A stretch of DNA of 64,000 nucleotides from Vicugna vicugna (lineage: Eukaryota): positions 941,674-1,005,673 of the forward strand of contig MU057651.1 of NCBI GenBank assembly GCA_013265495.1, read 5' to 3'. Shown here piece by piece: positions 41,388 to 53,792 of the stretch; position 1 is the stretch's first letter; the number at the start of each line of letters is the position of its first letter. Position numbers and translations under genes: made by a program. Below the pieces are notes generated by a model. The model was given only the letters and a program-made list of their open reading frames with translations. It ran no database searches and was not told the DNA's origin.

Positions 41388-41890
41388 ATATATATCACGT
41401 TTTCATTATCCCTTCACCTGTTGATGAACGTTTCCGTTATTTCCATATCTTGGCTGTTGTAAATAATGCTGCAGTGAACATAGTGGTACATGTGTCTTTT
41501 CTAATTAGCGTTTTCATTTTCTTCTGGTAAATACCCAAAACTGAAATTGCAGGATCCTATGGAGTTCTATTTTGAATTTTTTAAGAAATTCCCATACTGT
41601 TTCCCATAGTGACTGTGCCAATTTACATTCTCACCAACAATGCACAAGGGTTCCCTTTTCTCTACATCTTTGTCAACACTTGTTATTTGTTGTCTTTTTG
41701 ATGATAGCCATTCTGACAGGTGTGAGGTGATATCTCATTGTGGTTTGATTGGCATTTTCCTGATGATTAGTGATGTTGAGCATCTTTTCACGTGTCTGTT
41801 GGCCATCTGGATATCTTCCTTGGAAAAGTGTCTATTCAGGTCTTCTGCTCATTTTCATATGTAGCTCAAGGCTTCAGTATCTTTAATTAC

Positions 41891-42088
41891 TTTTTTAATT
41901 GAAGTACAATTGATTTACAATGTTGTTTTAATTTCAGGTGTACAGCAAAGTGATTCATTTATATATTTTTTCAGATTTTTTCCATAATAGATTATTACAA
42001 GATATTAAATACAGTTCTCAGTGCTGTACAGTAGGTCCTTGTTTATCTATTTTATATATTGTAGTGTGTGTATGTTAATCCTAAACTC
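41891..42088 (-). mobile_element. L1 3' end fragment nested at the ORF2 deletion breakpoint of the host L1
   Basis: ttttttaattgaagtacaattgatttacaatgttg...ggtgtacagcaaagtgattc motif shared with the copies at 4925, 12990, 31103 and 40525. No TSD found. Confidence 0.8.
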
Positions 42089-44792
42089 TCTCCCCACAGT
42101 ATATCTTTCCATCTGTTTGTGTCATCTTCAATTTCTTTCATCAGCATCTTATAGTTTTTGGAGTACAGGTATTTTGCCTTAGGTAGGTTTATTCCTAGGT
42201 ATTCTTTTTGATATGATGGTAAATGGGATTGTTTCCTTAATTTCTCTTTCTGATATTTCATTGTTAGTATATGAAAATGCAACAGATTTCTGTATATTAA
42301 TTTTGTATCCTGAAACTTTACAGAATTCATTGATGAACTCTGGTAGTTTTCTAGTAGTATCTTCAGGATTTTCTGTGTATAGTATCATGTCATCTGCAAA
42401 CAGTGACAGTTATACTTCATCTTTTCTAATTTGGATTCCTTTTATTTCTTTTTCTTCTTTGATTGCTGTGGCTAAGACTTCCAAAATTATGTTGAATAAA
42501 AGTGGTGAGAGTAGGCATCCTTGTCTTGTTCCTGATCTTAGAGAAAACGCTTTCAGCTTTTCATCATTAAGTATGATGTTAGCTGTGAGTTTGTCATTAT
42601 GGTCTTTATTATGTTGAGGTATGTTCCCTTTATGCCCACGTTCTGAAGAGTTTTTATCATAAATGGATGTTGAATTTTATCGAGAGCTTTTTCTGCATCT
42701 ATTGAGATGATCATGTGGTTTTTATTCTTGAATTTGTTAATGTGGTGTATCACAATGATATTGAAAAATCCTTCAATCCCTGGGATAAATCCCACTTGAG
42801 CATGGTGTATGATCTTTTTTAATGTATTCAATTTGCAGGATTCAGTTTGCTAATGCTTTGTTAATGATTTTTGCATCTATATTCATCAGTGATATTGGCC
42901 TGTAATTTTCTTTCTTGTGATATCTTTGTCAGATTTTGATATTGGGTTGATGGTGGCCTCATAGAATGAGTTTGAAAGTGTTTCTTCCTCTGCAATTTTT
43001 TGAAATAGTTTCAGAAGGATAGGTGTTAACTCTTCCCTGAATGTTTGGTAGGATTCACCTGTGAAGTCATCTGGTCCTGAAATTTAGTTTGTTGGAAGTT
43101 TTAAAATTAATGATTCAATTTCACTACTAGTAATCAGTCTGTTGAGATTTTCCATTTCTTCCTGATTCAGTCTTAGGAGATTGTGTGTCCTTAGGAATTT
43201 ATTCATTTCTTCTAGGCTGTACAGTTTGTTGGCATATAATTTTTCATAGTAGTCTCTTATGATCTTTTTTATTTCTGTGGTATCGGTTGTAATTTCTTCT
43301 CTTTATTTTATTTGGGCTCTTTCTTTCTTTTTTTTCGTGATGAGTCTGGCTAAAGGTTTATCAATTTTGTTTATATTTCCAAAGAAATATCTCAGTTTCA
43401 TTCATCTTTTCTATTGTTTTTTAAGTCTCTATTTCATTTATTTCCACTCTGATCTTTGTTAGTTCCTTCTACTAACTTTGGGCTTTGTTCTTCTTTTTCT
43501 AGTTCCTTTAGATGTAAGGTTAGGTTGTTTATATGAGATTTTGTTTGTTTGTTTGTTGAGGTAGATCTGTATAGCTATAAACTTCCTTATTAGAACTGTT
43601 TTTGAAGCATCCCATAAGTTTTTGGAAAGTCATGTTGTCAATTTCATTTGTCTTAAGGTATTTTTAAATTTCCTCTTTGATTTTTTGTTGACCCATTGGT
43701 TTTTTAATAGCATACTGTTTACCCTCATGTGTTTATGCTTTTTACCATTGTTTCTCTTCTAATTGATTTCCAGTTTCATACCATTTTTTCAGAAAATATT
43801 CTTGATATGATTTCAATCTTCTTAAGTTTATTGAGACTTATTTTGTGACCTAGCATGTGGCCACTGTTGGAGAATGTGTCATGTGCATTTGAAAATAATC
43901 TGTATTCTGCTGGTTTGGGATAAAACATTCTGTGTATATCTATTAAGTCCATCTGGGTAAAGTGTCATTTAAGATGAGTGTTTTGTTATCAATTTTCTAT
44001 CTGGATGATCTATCCATTGATATAAGCCAGGTGTTAAAGTCCCCTACTGTCATTGTATTACTGTCAATTTCTCTTTTATATGTCTCTTAATATTTGCTGT
44101 ATATAGTCAGATGCTCCTATGTTGGGATGGTAAATATTTACAATTGTTATATCCTCTAGTTGGATTGACCCCTTATCAATATGTAATGCTTTCTTTGTCT
44201 TTTCTTATACTCTTTGTTGTCTGATATGAGTGTTGCTACCCCAGCTTTCTTTTCATTTCCATTTGCATAGAATATCTTTTTCCATCCTTTCACTTTCAGC
44301 CTGTTTGTGTTTTTAGATTTGTAGGCTGCATATAGATGGGCTTTATTTTCTTATCCATTCAGCCACCCTATGTATTTTGATTGGAGCATTTAAACCAAAG
44401 TAATTATTGATAGGTATATACTTATTGCCATTCTATTCATTGTTTTCTGATTGATTTTAAGTTTTTCTCTGTTCCTTTCTTCTTCCTTTAATCTCTTCCT
44501 TTGTGATTTGATGATTTTCTTTAGTCTGGTGTTTGGCTTCATTTCTCTTTATTTTTTGTGTATCTATTGTAAGTTTCTGGTTTGTGGTTACCATGAGATT
44601 TCTATATATTGATCTATATATAGCAGATTGTTTTAAGCTGGTAGTAACTTAAGTTTGAATGCATTCTAAAAGCAATACATTTTTACTCCCTTCTCCATTT
44701 TTTTGTTTTTGATGTTATAGTTTACATCTTTTTACTTTACATATCCCTTAACTACTTTTGTAGTTATAGTTGTTTTACAATTTTTGTCTTTT

Positions 44793-45097
44793 TTAACATT
44801 TTTTATTGATTTATAATCATTTTACAATGTTGTGTCAAATTCCAGTGTTCAGCACAATTTTTCAGTCATTCATGGACATATACACATTCATTGCCACATT
44901 TTTTTCTCTGTGATTTATCATAACATTTTGTGTATATTTCCCTGTGCTATACAGTGTAATCTTGTTTATCTATTCTACAATTTTGAAATCCCAGTCTATC
45001 CCTTCCCACCCTCCACCCCCCTGGTAACCACAAGTCTGTATTCTCTGTCCATGAGTCTATTTCTGTCCTGTATTTATGCTTTGTTTTTGTTTATTTG
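44793..45097 (-). mobile_element. Young 5'-truncated L1 3' end nested in the host L1 spacer
   Basis: Starts with the T-rich tail/3'UTR taacattttttattgatttataatcattttacaatgttgtgtcaaattcc. Short TSD tttgtctttt at 44783-44792 and 45098-45107. Confidence 0.85.
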
Positions 45098-45384
45098 TTT
45101 GTCTTTTAACATTCATACTAGCTTTTTTAGGTAGCTCATCCACTGTCTTTACTATATGTTTGCCTTTACCACTGAGTTTTTTCCTTTTATTTATTTTTAA
45201 ATTTCTAGTTGTAGTCTTTTCTGCCTAAAGAAGATGCCAGCATTTCTTATAAATCTAGTTTAACAATGATAAACTTTTAGTTTTTGCTTGTCTTGGAAAC
45301 ACTTTATTTCTCCTTCAATTCTGAATGATAACCTTGCTAGGCATAGTATTCTTGGTTGTAATTTTTTTTCTTTTCAGCACTTTA

Positions 45385-47442
45385 TTTTTTATTTTTTTAA
45401 CTTTTTTTTATTGAGTTGTAGTCATTTTACAATGTGTGTCAAATTCCGGTGTAGAGCACAGTTTTTCAGTTATGCATGAACACATATATATTCATTGTCA
45501 CATTTTTTTCACTGTGAGATACCACAAGATCTTGTATATATTTCCCTGTGTTACATAGTATAATCTTGTTTATCTATTCTGCATATGCCTGTCAGTATCT
45601 ACAAATTTTGAAATCCCAGTCTGTCCCTTCCCACCCCCTCCCCCCTTGCCAACCACAAGTTTGTATTCTATCTCTATGAGTCTGTTTCTGTTTTGTATTT
45701 ATGTTCATTTTTTATTTTTAGATTCCACATATGAGTGATCTCATTTGGTATTTTTCTTTCTCTTTCTGGTTTACTTCACTTAGAATGACATTCTCCAGGG
45801 CCATCCATGTTGCTGCAAATGGTGTTATGTTGTCATTTTTATGGCTGAATAGTATCCCATTGTATAAATATACCACATCTTCTTTATCCAGTCATCTGTT
45901 GATGGACATTTAGGCTGTTTCCATGTCTTGGCTATTGTAAATAGTGCTGCTATGAACATTGGGGTGCAGGTGTCTTTTTGAAGTAGGGTTCCTTCTGGAT
46001 ATATGCCCAGGAGCAGGATTCCTGGGTCATATGGTAAGTCTATTCCTAGTCTTTTGAGGAATCTCCATACTGTTTTCCACAGTGGCTGCACCAAACTGCA
46101 TTCCCACCAGCAGTGTAGGAGGGTTCCCTTTTCTCCACAGCCTCTCCAGCATTTGTCATTTGTGGACTTTTGAATGATGGCCATTCTGACTGGTGTGAGG
46201 TGATACCTCATAAAGGTTTTGATTTGCATTTCTCTGATAATTAGTGATACTGAGCATTTTTTTCATGTGCCTATTGATCATTTGTATTTCTTCCTTGGAG
46301 AATTGCTTGTTTATGTCTTTTTCCCATTTTTAGATTGGGTTATTTGTTTTTTTCTTATTATGTTGTATGAGCTGCTTATATATTCAGGAGATCAAGCCTT
46401 TGTCAGTTTCATCATTTGCAAAAATTTTCTCCCATTCTATAGGTTGTCTTTTTGTTTTACTTCTGGTTTCCTTTGCTGTGCAGAAGCTTGTAAGTTTCAT
46501 CAGGTCCCATTTGTTTATTCTTGCTTTTATTTCTATTGCTTAGATAGACTGCCCTCGGAGAACATTTCTGAGTTATATATGAGATAATGTTTTGCCTATA
46601 TTTTCTTCTAGGAGATTTCTTGTATCTTGTCTTATGTTCAAGTGATCCATTTTGAGTTTATTTGTGTGTGTGGTGTAAGGGAGTGTTCCAGCTTCATTGC
46701 TTTACATGCTGCTGTCCAGTTTTCCCAACACCATTTGCTGAAGAGACTATCTTTATTCCATTGTATATTCTTGCCTCCTTTGTCGAAGATTAGTTGACCA
46801 AAAGTTTGTGGGTTCATTTCTGGGCTCTCTGTTCTGTTCCATTGGTCCATATGTCAAGTAACATAGAAATACAGAATATCGTATGAGAATATTATGAAAA
46901 ACTATATGGAACCAAAATGGATAACCTAGAGGGGATAGACAAGTTTCTGAAATATACAGTCTACCAAGACTGAATCAAGAAGAAACTGACGACTTGAACA
47001 AACTGATCACTAGAAATGAAATCGAATTAGCAATAAAAAACCTCCCTACAAATAAAAGTCCAGGACCGGACGGCTTCACCGGGGAATTCTACCAAACATA
47101 CAAAGAAGAACTCATACCAGTCCTTCTCAAACTATTCCAGAGTATTGAGAAGGAAGGAATACTCCCAAACTCATTCTATGAAGCCACCATCACCCTGATA
47201 CCAAAACCAGGCAAAGGCACTACCAAAAAGAGAATTACAGACCAATATCACTGATGAACATAGATGCAAAAATCCTTACCAAAATATTAGCAAATAGAAT
47301 CCAACAGCACATAAAAAAGATTATACATCATGATCAAGTGGGGTTCATCCCAGGGACACAAGGGTGGTTCAACACATGCAAATCAATCAATGTAATACAT
47401 CACATCAACAAGAGAAAGGGAAAAAAAACCCATAAGATCATC
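45385..47442 (-). mobile_element. Younger L1 insertion with 5' inversion, nested in the host L1
   Basis: TSD tcttttca(g/a)cacttta at 45369-45384 and 47443-47458. 45385-46853 is 3'UTR plus ORF2 C-terminus on - ([18 protein letters not shown]). 46854-47442 is ORF2 on + ([15 protein letters not shown]...[16 protein letters not shown]). Confidence 0.92.
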
Positions 47443-50400
47443 TCTTTTCAACACTTTAAATGTATTTTGCCACTCTCTTCTGGCTTGCAATGTTTATGCT
47501 GAAAATTCAGGTGATAACCTTATAGGGGTTCCCTTGTATGTAACTATTTATTTTCTTTTGCTACCTTTAAAATTCTCTAACTTTCTTCCATTTTAATTGT
47601 GATATGTCTTGGTGTGATCTCTTTGGATTAATCTTGTTTGGGGCTCTCTGTGATTCCTGGACCTGGATATATGTTTCCTTCCTCACATTAGGGAAGTTTT
47701 CAGCCATTATTTCTTCAAATAAGTTTCCTATCCTTTTCTCACTCTCTCCTTCTGTGACCCCTCTAATGTGAATTTTTGTACCCTTAATGTTACACCCAAA
47801 GGTCCCTTAAACTATCCTCATTTAAAAAAATTCTTTTCTCTTTTTCTGTTCTGCTTGGTTGATTTCCACTGCTCTTTCTTCCAGGTCACTGATCCTTTCT
47901 TCTGTATCATCTACTTTACCATTAATTTCTTCAAGTGTATTTTTTATTTCAGGTGTATTCTTCAGCAATGGTTCTTTTTTATATTTTCTAACTCTTTGTT
48001 GACGTTCTCACTGTGTTCATCCAGTCTTATCCCAAGTTCAGTGTGTATCTTTTTGGTCATTACCTTGAACTCTGTATCAGGTAGATTGATTATCTCTATT
48101 TTATTTAGCTCTTTTTCTGAGTTTTTGTTTTATTCTTTCATTTAAAAATTAATTTGTCTCTTCCTTTTGCCTAATTTTCTAATTTTTTCTCCTTATTAGG
48201 TAGGCACTTTACATTTCATGATCTTGGAGAGGTGGCCTTATACATATGTATAAGATGTCCTGTGGGGCCCAACAGCATGCTCCTCTCTAGTCACCAGAGC
48301 CAGATGTTCCAGAGGTGTCCCCTATGTGGGCATTTTGCACCATTCTTCTCTGGCAAGGCCAACTGCTGTTGATGTACTGGTAGGCAGTACTGGCCTCTGG
48401 CCTGGCTGGCTGTGCAGCTAGGTGGTGTGCAAATGCTGCAGGTACACTGATGGGCAGGGCAGGCCCCAGGCATGGATGGCTGTGTGACTCAGTTGCACAT
48501 GACTGCTATGGGTGTACTGGTGGGTGGGGCATCCCCCAGTGCTAATAGGCTAGAAGGAATATTCTAAAATGGTATCTGCCAATGCCAGTGTCAGCACAGT
48601 AGAATGAGCTTACAATAATGGCTGCCACCAGCATCTCAGTCCATCGGGGGAGTCCCAGCTGCCTCCTGCTTCTCTAGAAGCCTCTCTAAGATCAGAAAGT
48701 CAGTCTGACCCTGGTGCCTTTCAAATTGCTGCCTCTGTGCTGGTACTCAGAGTGCATGAGTTTTTGCATGTGCTCTTTCAGAGTGAAGTCTCAGTTTCCT
48801 ACAACCCTCCAGCTCTCCTGAACATAAGGCCCACTGGTTTTCAAAGCCAGATGTTTTGGGTCCTCATCTTCCTGATGCAGAACACCCAGGCTGGGGAATC
48901 CAATGTGGGACTTAGATCCCTCACTCCTTTAGAAGAACCTTCATGGTTATGCTATCCCTTCCACTAGTGGGTCACTTCACCAAAAGTATGGATCCTGACT
49001 GGACTGCATCTCCACACCTCTTACCTGTCTTGTTGCGGTTCCCTTTTTATATCTTTGGTGGTGGAAAATCTTTTCTGCTAATCTTCAGGTCATTCTGTTA
49101 GTCGCTCTGTAAGAGTTGTAAATTTTGTGTGTCCATGGTAGGAGGTGAGCTCAGAATCTTATACTTTTTATCTTGATCCTGCCTCCTGTTATGTGCCTCT
49201 CTTAATCCTTACTCGCCAAACCTCGGAATAGTTTCCCACCTCTGTTCTGCAAGTTAGGATCCTACCCATCTTTCAAGACTCCAGCTGAAGTTACACATCT
49301 TCTAAATAGCCTTACCCGATTACTCTAGTCCTCGATGATCTCCTTCTTTGACCACTTTGAGGGCTTAGTCTGGTTTGTGGACTACAGCATTTAAAATATT
49401 TTCTTCAATTGTTCATTATTTTATGGGTCTTGGCTCCTCAACTGGCAAGCTCTGAAGGGAAAGGACCATCTTCTTCCTCTATTTCCCCTAGCATAATATT
49501 AAGCATATAGCTTATGATGGATTTGTTAAAAGGAAAGAGAGCCACAGTTATGAAAAGCTTTTGACAAGCACTGAAAGTGTGGTCCTGGCTAGGCAGGCAG
49601 GAGAATGACTGACCTCACAACTTACTCAACCTAAGCTTATTTATCCAGCACATCTCCAGTGAGCCCAAGATGAAAATTGAATCTCTTTTTATGAAATTGA
49701 GATATTTCTGCTAACTCCTTCAAGGTAACTGAAACGGGAAGCAGCTGTTTAAAGGCAATTTGTTAGTGCTCAAGACAACTGCCATTTTACCTAAGACTCT
49801 TGATTTCTCTTTCCAAAAAGCAGCAAAATTACACCTCAGATGCCATCTTGACTGGAACCCGGAGAGCTCGAGGGAAGTTGTATGTCAGATATTTCATTTT
49901 TTTTAACATCACAAAAATCTACCAACTTTTTCAAAGTTTTCAAAATCAAAGGAAACTGGAAAAAGTAGCAACTCCAAATATAGATCCGTGCATATCAGTC
50001 TAGAGCTGTTTTTGGTTTTGCCCACATTGTCTGTGGAAACACTACCATTTCCTAGTCACAATGATAGAAAGGAAACATTGCTAAAGAAAAATACTACTTA
50101 AAAAATAAAAATTAACTGAATAACTTTTGAGTTTGTATGTTCTCACCTAAACTTTAAAATGTATTGAAACACTCTGATCTTCGCATAGCTATAGAAGAGT
50201 CTGATCACCATTAGTAATTCTTTTTCAAAAGTCAATCATTCATATTGATGAATGTGGGACCATCTTAGGGATTTTCCATCCTTGTCTACCTCTCTTATTC
50301 TTCTAAATACCAACTGGAATCTCTTTTTTCCAGGGAAACTTTCAGGTTGTTTTTGTTCTCTCTGCATCCCTTGCACTCAGAATTCATATCCAGCATGCTT

Positions 50401-52746
50401 GCTGCATGCTGTCCCGGGACTCCCACCCCTCTGAGGTCATCATGTTCCTTCTCAGCATGTCTTTTATGTCTAGAATATTTCTCCTTAGACAGAAAGCCCT
50501 TCAGACTGTGGATTGGATAGCACTAACTTTCATACTAAGTTTAACAAATTAATAGTGATGATTCCTAATTGGCCATCTGGGATATCCTGTCAAGGTCAAT
50601 AATGCCTCATCCTGTTGCTGAGTTGGAGGGTTTTTCATGTGTCTATGAATCTGGTTCTACAATAAAAATAAGAAATTCCCAGTGAAGCATTTCAGAGCAA
50701 TTATTTCTTCACAGTGGATGAAAGTCCAGGTCTCCATAGCCCAGGCAAAGTGGATGGTTGTTACAATTATTCAGTTGATTTAAGCAAACTGCTGGAATGA
50801 CTACATCCACTTTTCCTTTTGCTTTAGCTATTAAAACTATATCCACATCCCTTGCTCCCACGAAGTAGTCCAATCCTCTTTGGATAGGGCCAGGAAGCCA
50901 AAGTGGTATTTATGGAAAGAAGAAAGACCTTAAGTTGACTGCTTTTCATTCCCAGGTTGACCAGGTGGTAAACACTGGTAGATCACTGAGTTTCCCTTTT
51001 CCATCCTGCTTGTTATTTTCCATGTATGAATGTGGTAGTGCAGGACTTTACTTTATTTGGGTACTTGGATTTTTACCACTCCACTTTATGACTATGTAAA
51101 TTGCACTGCCTCCCAAAGAAGCAGATATCTGTCCTCTCAAGCGTCACTTTAAACCAAGAGAGAAAAAGGTTTAATTAAAACATAAGCTCCTTTCTAAATA
51201 AAGATGACAATAAAGAGAGGACTAGCATAATGATGAGAGAATCTGATCATTAGTTGAGAAAGAAGAGCTGAAGGAATCTCTGCAGGCATTTAAAAAATTG
51301 TTTTGGTATCTCCAGGACCCTGGCTGTAGAAATGAAATTATTCCCTTTCTGTATGTGGGCATAAGTTTCCTCTTTATGCTAGGCTTCATTTATTTGTTTA
51401 ATCCAGGCAGTTTTCCTTTGTTAAATGCGGAGCACACTTCTGAGAGTCCCTTCAGTTGGGTTTTCCTCATATGTAAGCTATTCTTGAGAAGAAGGAACTG
51501 GAGGCAAAGGATGGGAAGAAGGGGGAGTGGGGAATAATAGCTGACACTTACAATGTGCCAGGCACTGTCCTAAGCTCTTTGCATATACTCATTCATTTCA
51601 TCCTCACAACCCTATGGGATAGGTTTTATCATCTCTATTTTAGCAATAAGGAAGCTGAGGCACAGAGAGGTTCATTTACTTGTCCAGACTCACACAGGGA
51701 AGAAGGGGCAGAGACAGGGTTTGGACCCAAGTAGTCTGGCTCCAGGCTGTTTTCTTAGCCATTATTACTATGCTGCCTCTCAGCCTGGGGATGCGAAGCA
51801 ACTTTGGGGGCTCTGTTAACTCTGAGGCTACTGGAAGGAGCAGACTTTGTGACAATTCTGCTGCCAGGGACCAGACATGGTAACACTTCCAGCAGATTCA
51901 CTGGGACTACTCTGGGATGTAAAGACCCTATATCTAACCATAAACTTGGATCTGTTTAACCACATCTCCACCAAGAGAGCAGAATGTGGGTCATGGGCAT
52001 CATCTAACTAAGTTTCTTTATTCCTTCTCCCATGATGCCTTCTTGCAAAGATATGCACTCTCACAATGCACTTTTTAAAAAGTACATACTTCTGATTTTT
52101 CTGGATAAATACTTGATACTGCTCTTCAGATTTGGCTTGCCACTATTGGCAGGAGTTCCCCCTTGCCTGTGTCTTAGTGTTTCTCAGGAAGATATTTTGT
52201 TTAAAATGCTAAGAGCTTGTATTGGCAGCCCAAACAATAAAATGCTTTATTTGACAATAAAGTTATTTTCTTAAAAAAAGTGATTGTCCACTTTATGAGA
52301 CACTGGAGGGCTTCTTGCAATACTATATATCATTATTGGAAGCTCAGATGTCTACCGGTGGTGAATCCTTATGCCAGCGTTCTTTAAAGCGTCCCTCAAA
52401 TTTCAGCACACTTGCTCCCTCTCCACAGAATCTGTAGAATTAGATGTTTGGCAGAAGCTATCCAGAGTCATCTGCTTACATTCCCTCTTTCATCTCCAGC
52501 TTGAGTATTGTGTACTGGCTATAAAATGGCCCACCAGGGAACCTGGCACATAGTAGGTAGAGATTTCACGATCAGTTTCTTCCTCTCTGCCCTCTCCCAC
52601 TTTCCCTCAAAAGCCCTTAAGTATTTGCCTTGATTCTGCTGATTTCAACTTGTTCCTCTAAAAATACAGAGATCACATTCCCTTGTCATGGAGATCACTT
52701 CTCCCTGTCTCAGGGATTCATTTAAAATTTCCATTTGCCTTATGAT

Positions 52747-52869
52747 TAAAGTGACCATATCGTCCAAACCAAGACACTTTTGAAAGTGATAATTAATAAT
52801 TATGCCTGCCAGAAAAACAGGCATGAAACTAGGATGTCCTAGATAAATCGGGACCTATGGGGCACCCTG
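52747..52869. mobile_element. MER81-like hAT-Blackjack MITE
   Basis: gtgaccatatcgtccaaaccaagacacttttgaaagtg...gggacctatggggcaccctg, with inverted ends. Confidence 0.65.
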
Positions 52870-53753
52870 TTTATGATTTTGTGTGTGGTTCAAAAGTGGC
52901 CACATGCTGGCGCAGTTTTGCTGTCTGAGGTTTATTTTCGTGGGTATCTCGTAATCTCATTGTACACTTAGTCCTTTTGAAAGGACAGGGTTTACTTCAG
53001 TGACCTGCTCCGGCCAACCAGAGATTAATGGGAGCAATGGGAGTTATAAACAGTCTGAATTTTAGCCCAGCTCTTGACCATTTTTCAAATACTTGTTCTC
53101 CACTTCTCCCATTACCAGAAAGCCAAGCCATTCCATCTCCATAGGGTACCACTCAGAGTATAATTGAGGTTTGAATAAACAACACATGTGGCTTTTAAGG
53201 TTAAATGAATACTGTTTGACATACAGTACACTAGAGTTGTTTTTCATTTTGGTTTTAAAAATTGGTTAAAATTACATCTTGTTGCTTCTCGGAATTAACT
53301 AGAATCCATCTGTCTCCATTAGAATCACTTTTTTTTTGTTTTTTTTAAAGTCTTGGCTGAAAAAAGAGGCTTCCTCTCAAGATAATTTGCCCAGTGAATC
53401 AGGGAAAAAAAAACAAAGAAACAGTTTTTTTTTATATAGTTTTGATGCCTACTTTTTAGAAATGTATTTTGTCTCTTAGCTATATCTAAGGTATAATATC
53501 TAAGATTGTAAATGGACAAACCTATTTTCAGCTCTCCAGACAGACCCTGCCCCTGTCTAAAGAATCACTTTATAGCCATACAAAATGTGAACATCTAAGA
53601 AGATAATTCAAGTTTAACTATGCTTCATATATAAAATAACTAAAATGTTGAAACCCTTACTGGCTACTTACAGAACATTCAAGCTTAGAGAATGCCATTT
53701 TGATGACTTTGAAAGCTCAAAGGCAACAAAAATACTAGTAGTACCTAATTGAG

Positions 53754-53754
<1 letters not shown>

Positions 53755-53790
<36 letters not shown>
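53755..53790. repeat. (AC)n microsatellite
   Basis: About 18 units, directly visible. Confidence 0.95.

Positions 53791-53792
<2 letters not shown>

Larger units (their letters stand above)
40883..49184 (-). mobile_element. Degenerate LINE-1 retaining both termini (5'UTR, ORF1, spacer, ORF2, 3'UTR), with an internal deletion and nested insertions
   Basis: 19-bp TSD cctgt(g/t)atgtgcctctctt at 40864-40882 and 49185-49203. The minus strand starts with the L1 5' motif (g)gaggcaggatcaagat...ctgagctcacctcct. ORF2 start context ATGGCAATAAGT at 44431(-). RT fragments appear in the ORF track (42553-42831 [11 protein letters not shown]...[17 protein letters not shown]; 42179-42388 MILYTENP...[10 protein letters not shown]). 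Confidence 0.9.

Noticed and set aside
42052..47502. RT/endonuclease-like ORFs as a functional or domesticated gene or novel RT system
   Set aside because: They are fragmented, frameshifted L1 ORF2 pieces with deletions. No intact ORF1 or ORF2 exists.
51221..51255. C/D-box snoRNA-like motif (ATGATGA...CTGA within a short inverted repeat)
   Set aside because: The boxes are only a few nucleotides apart, too short for a snoRNA.
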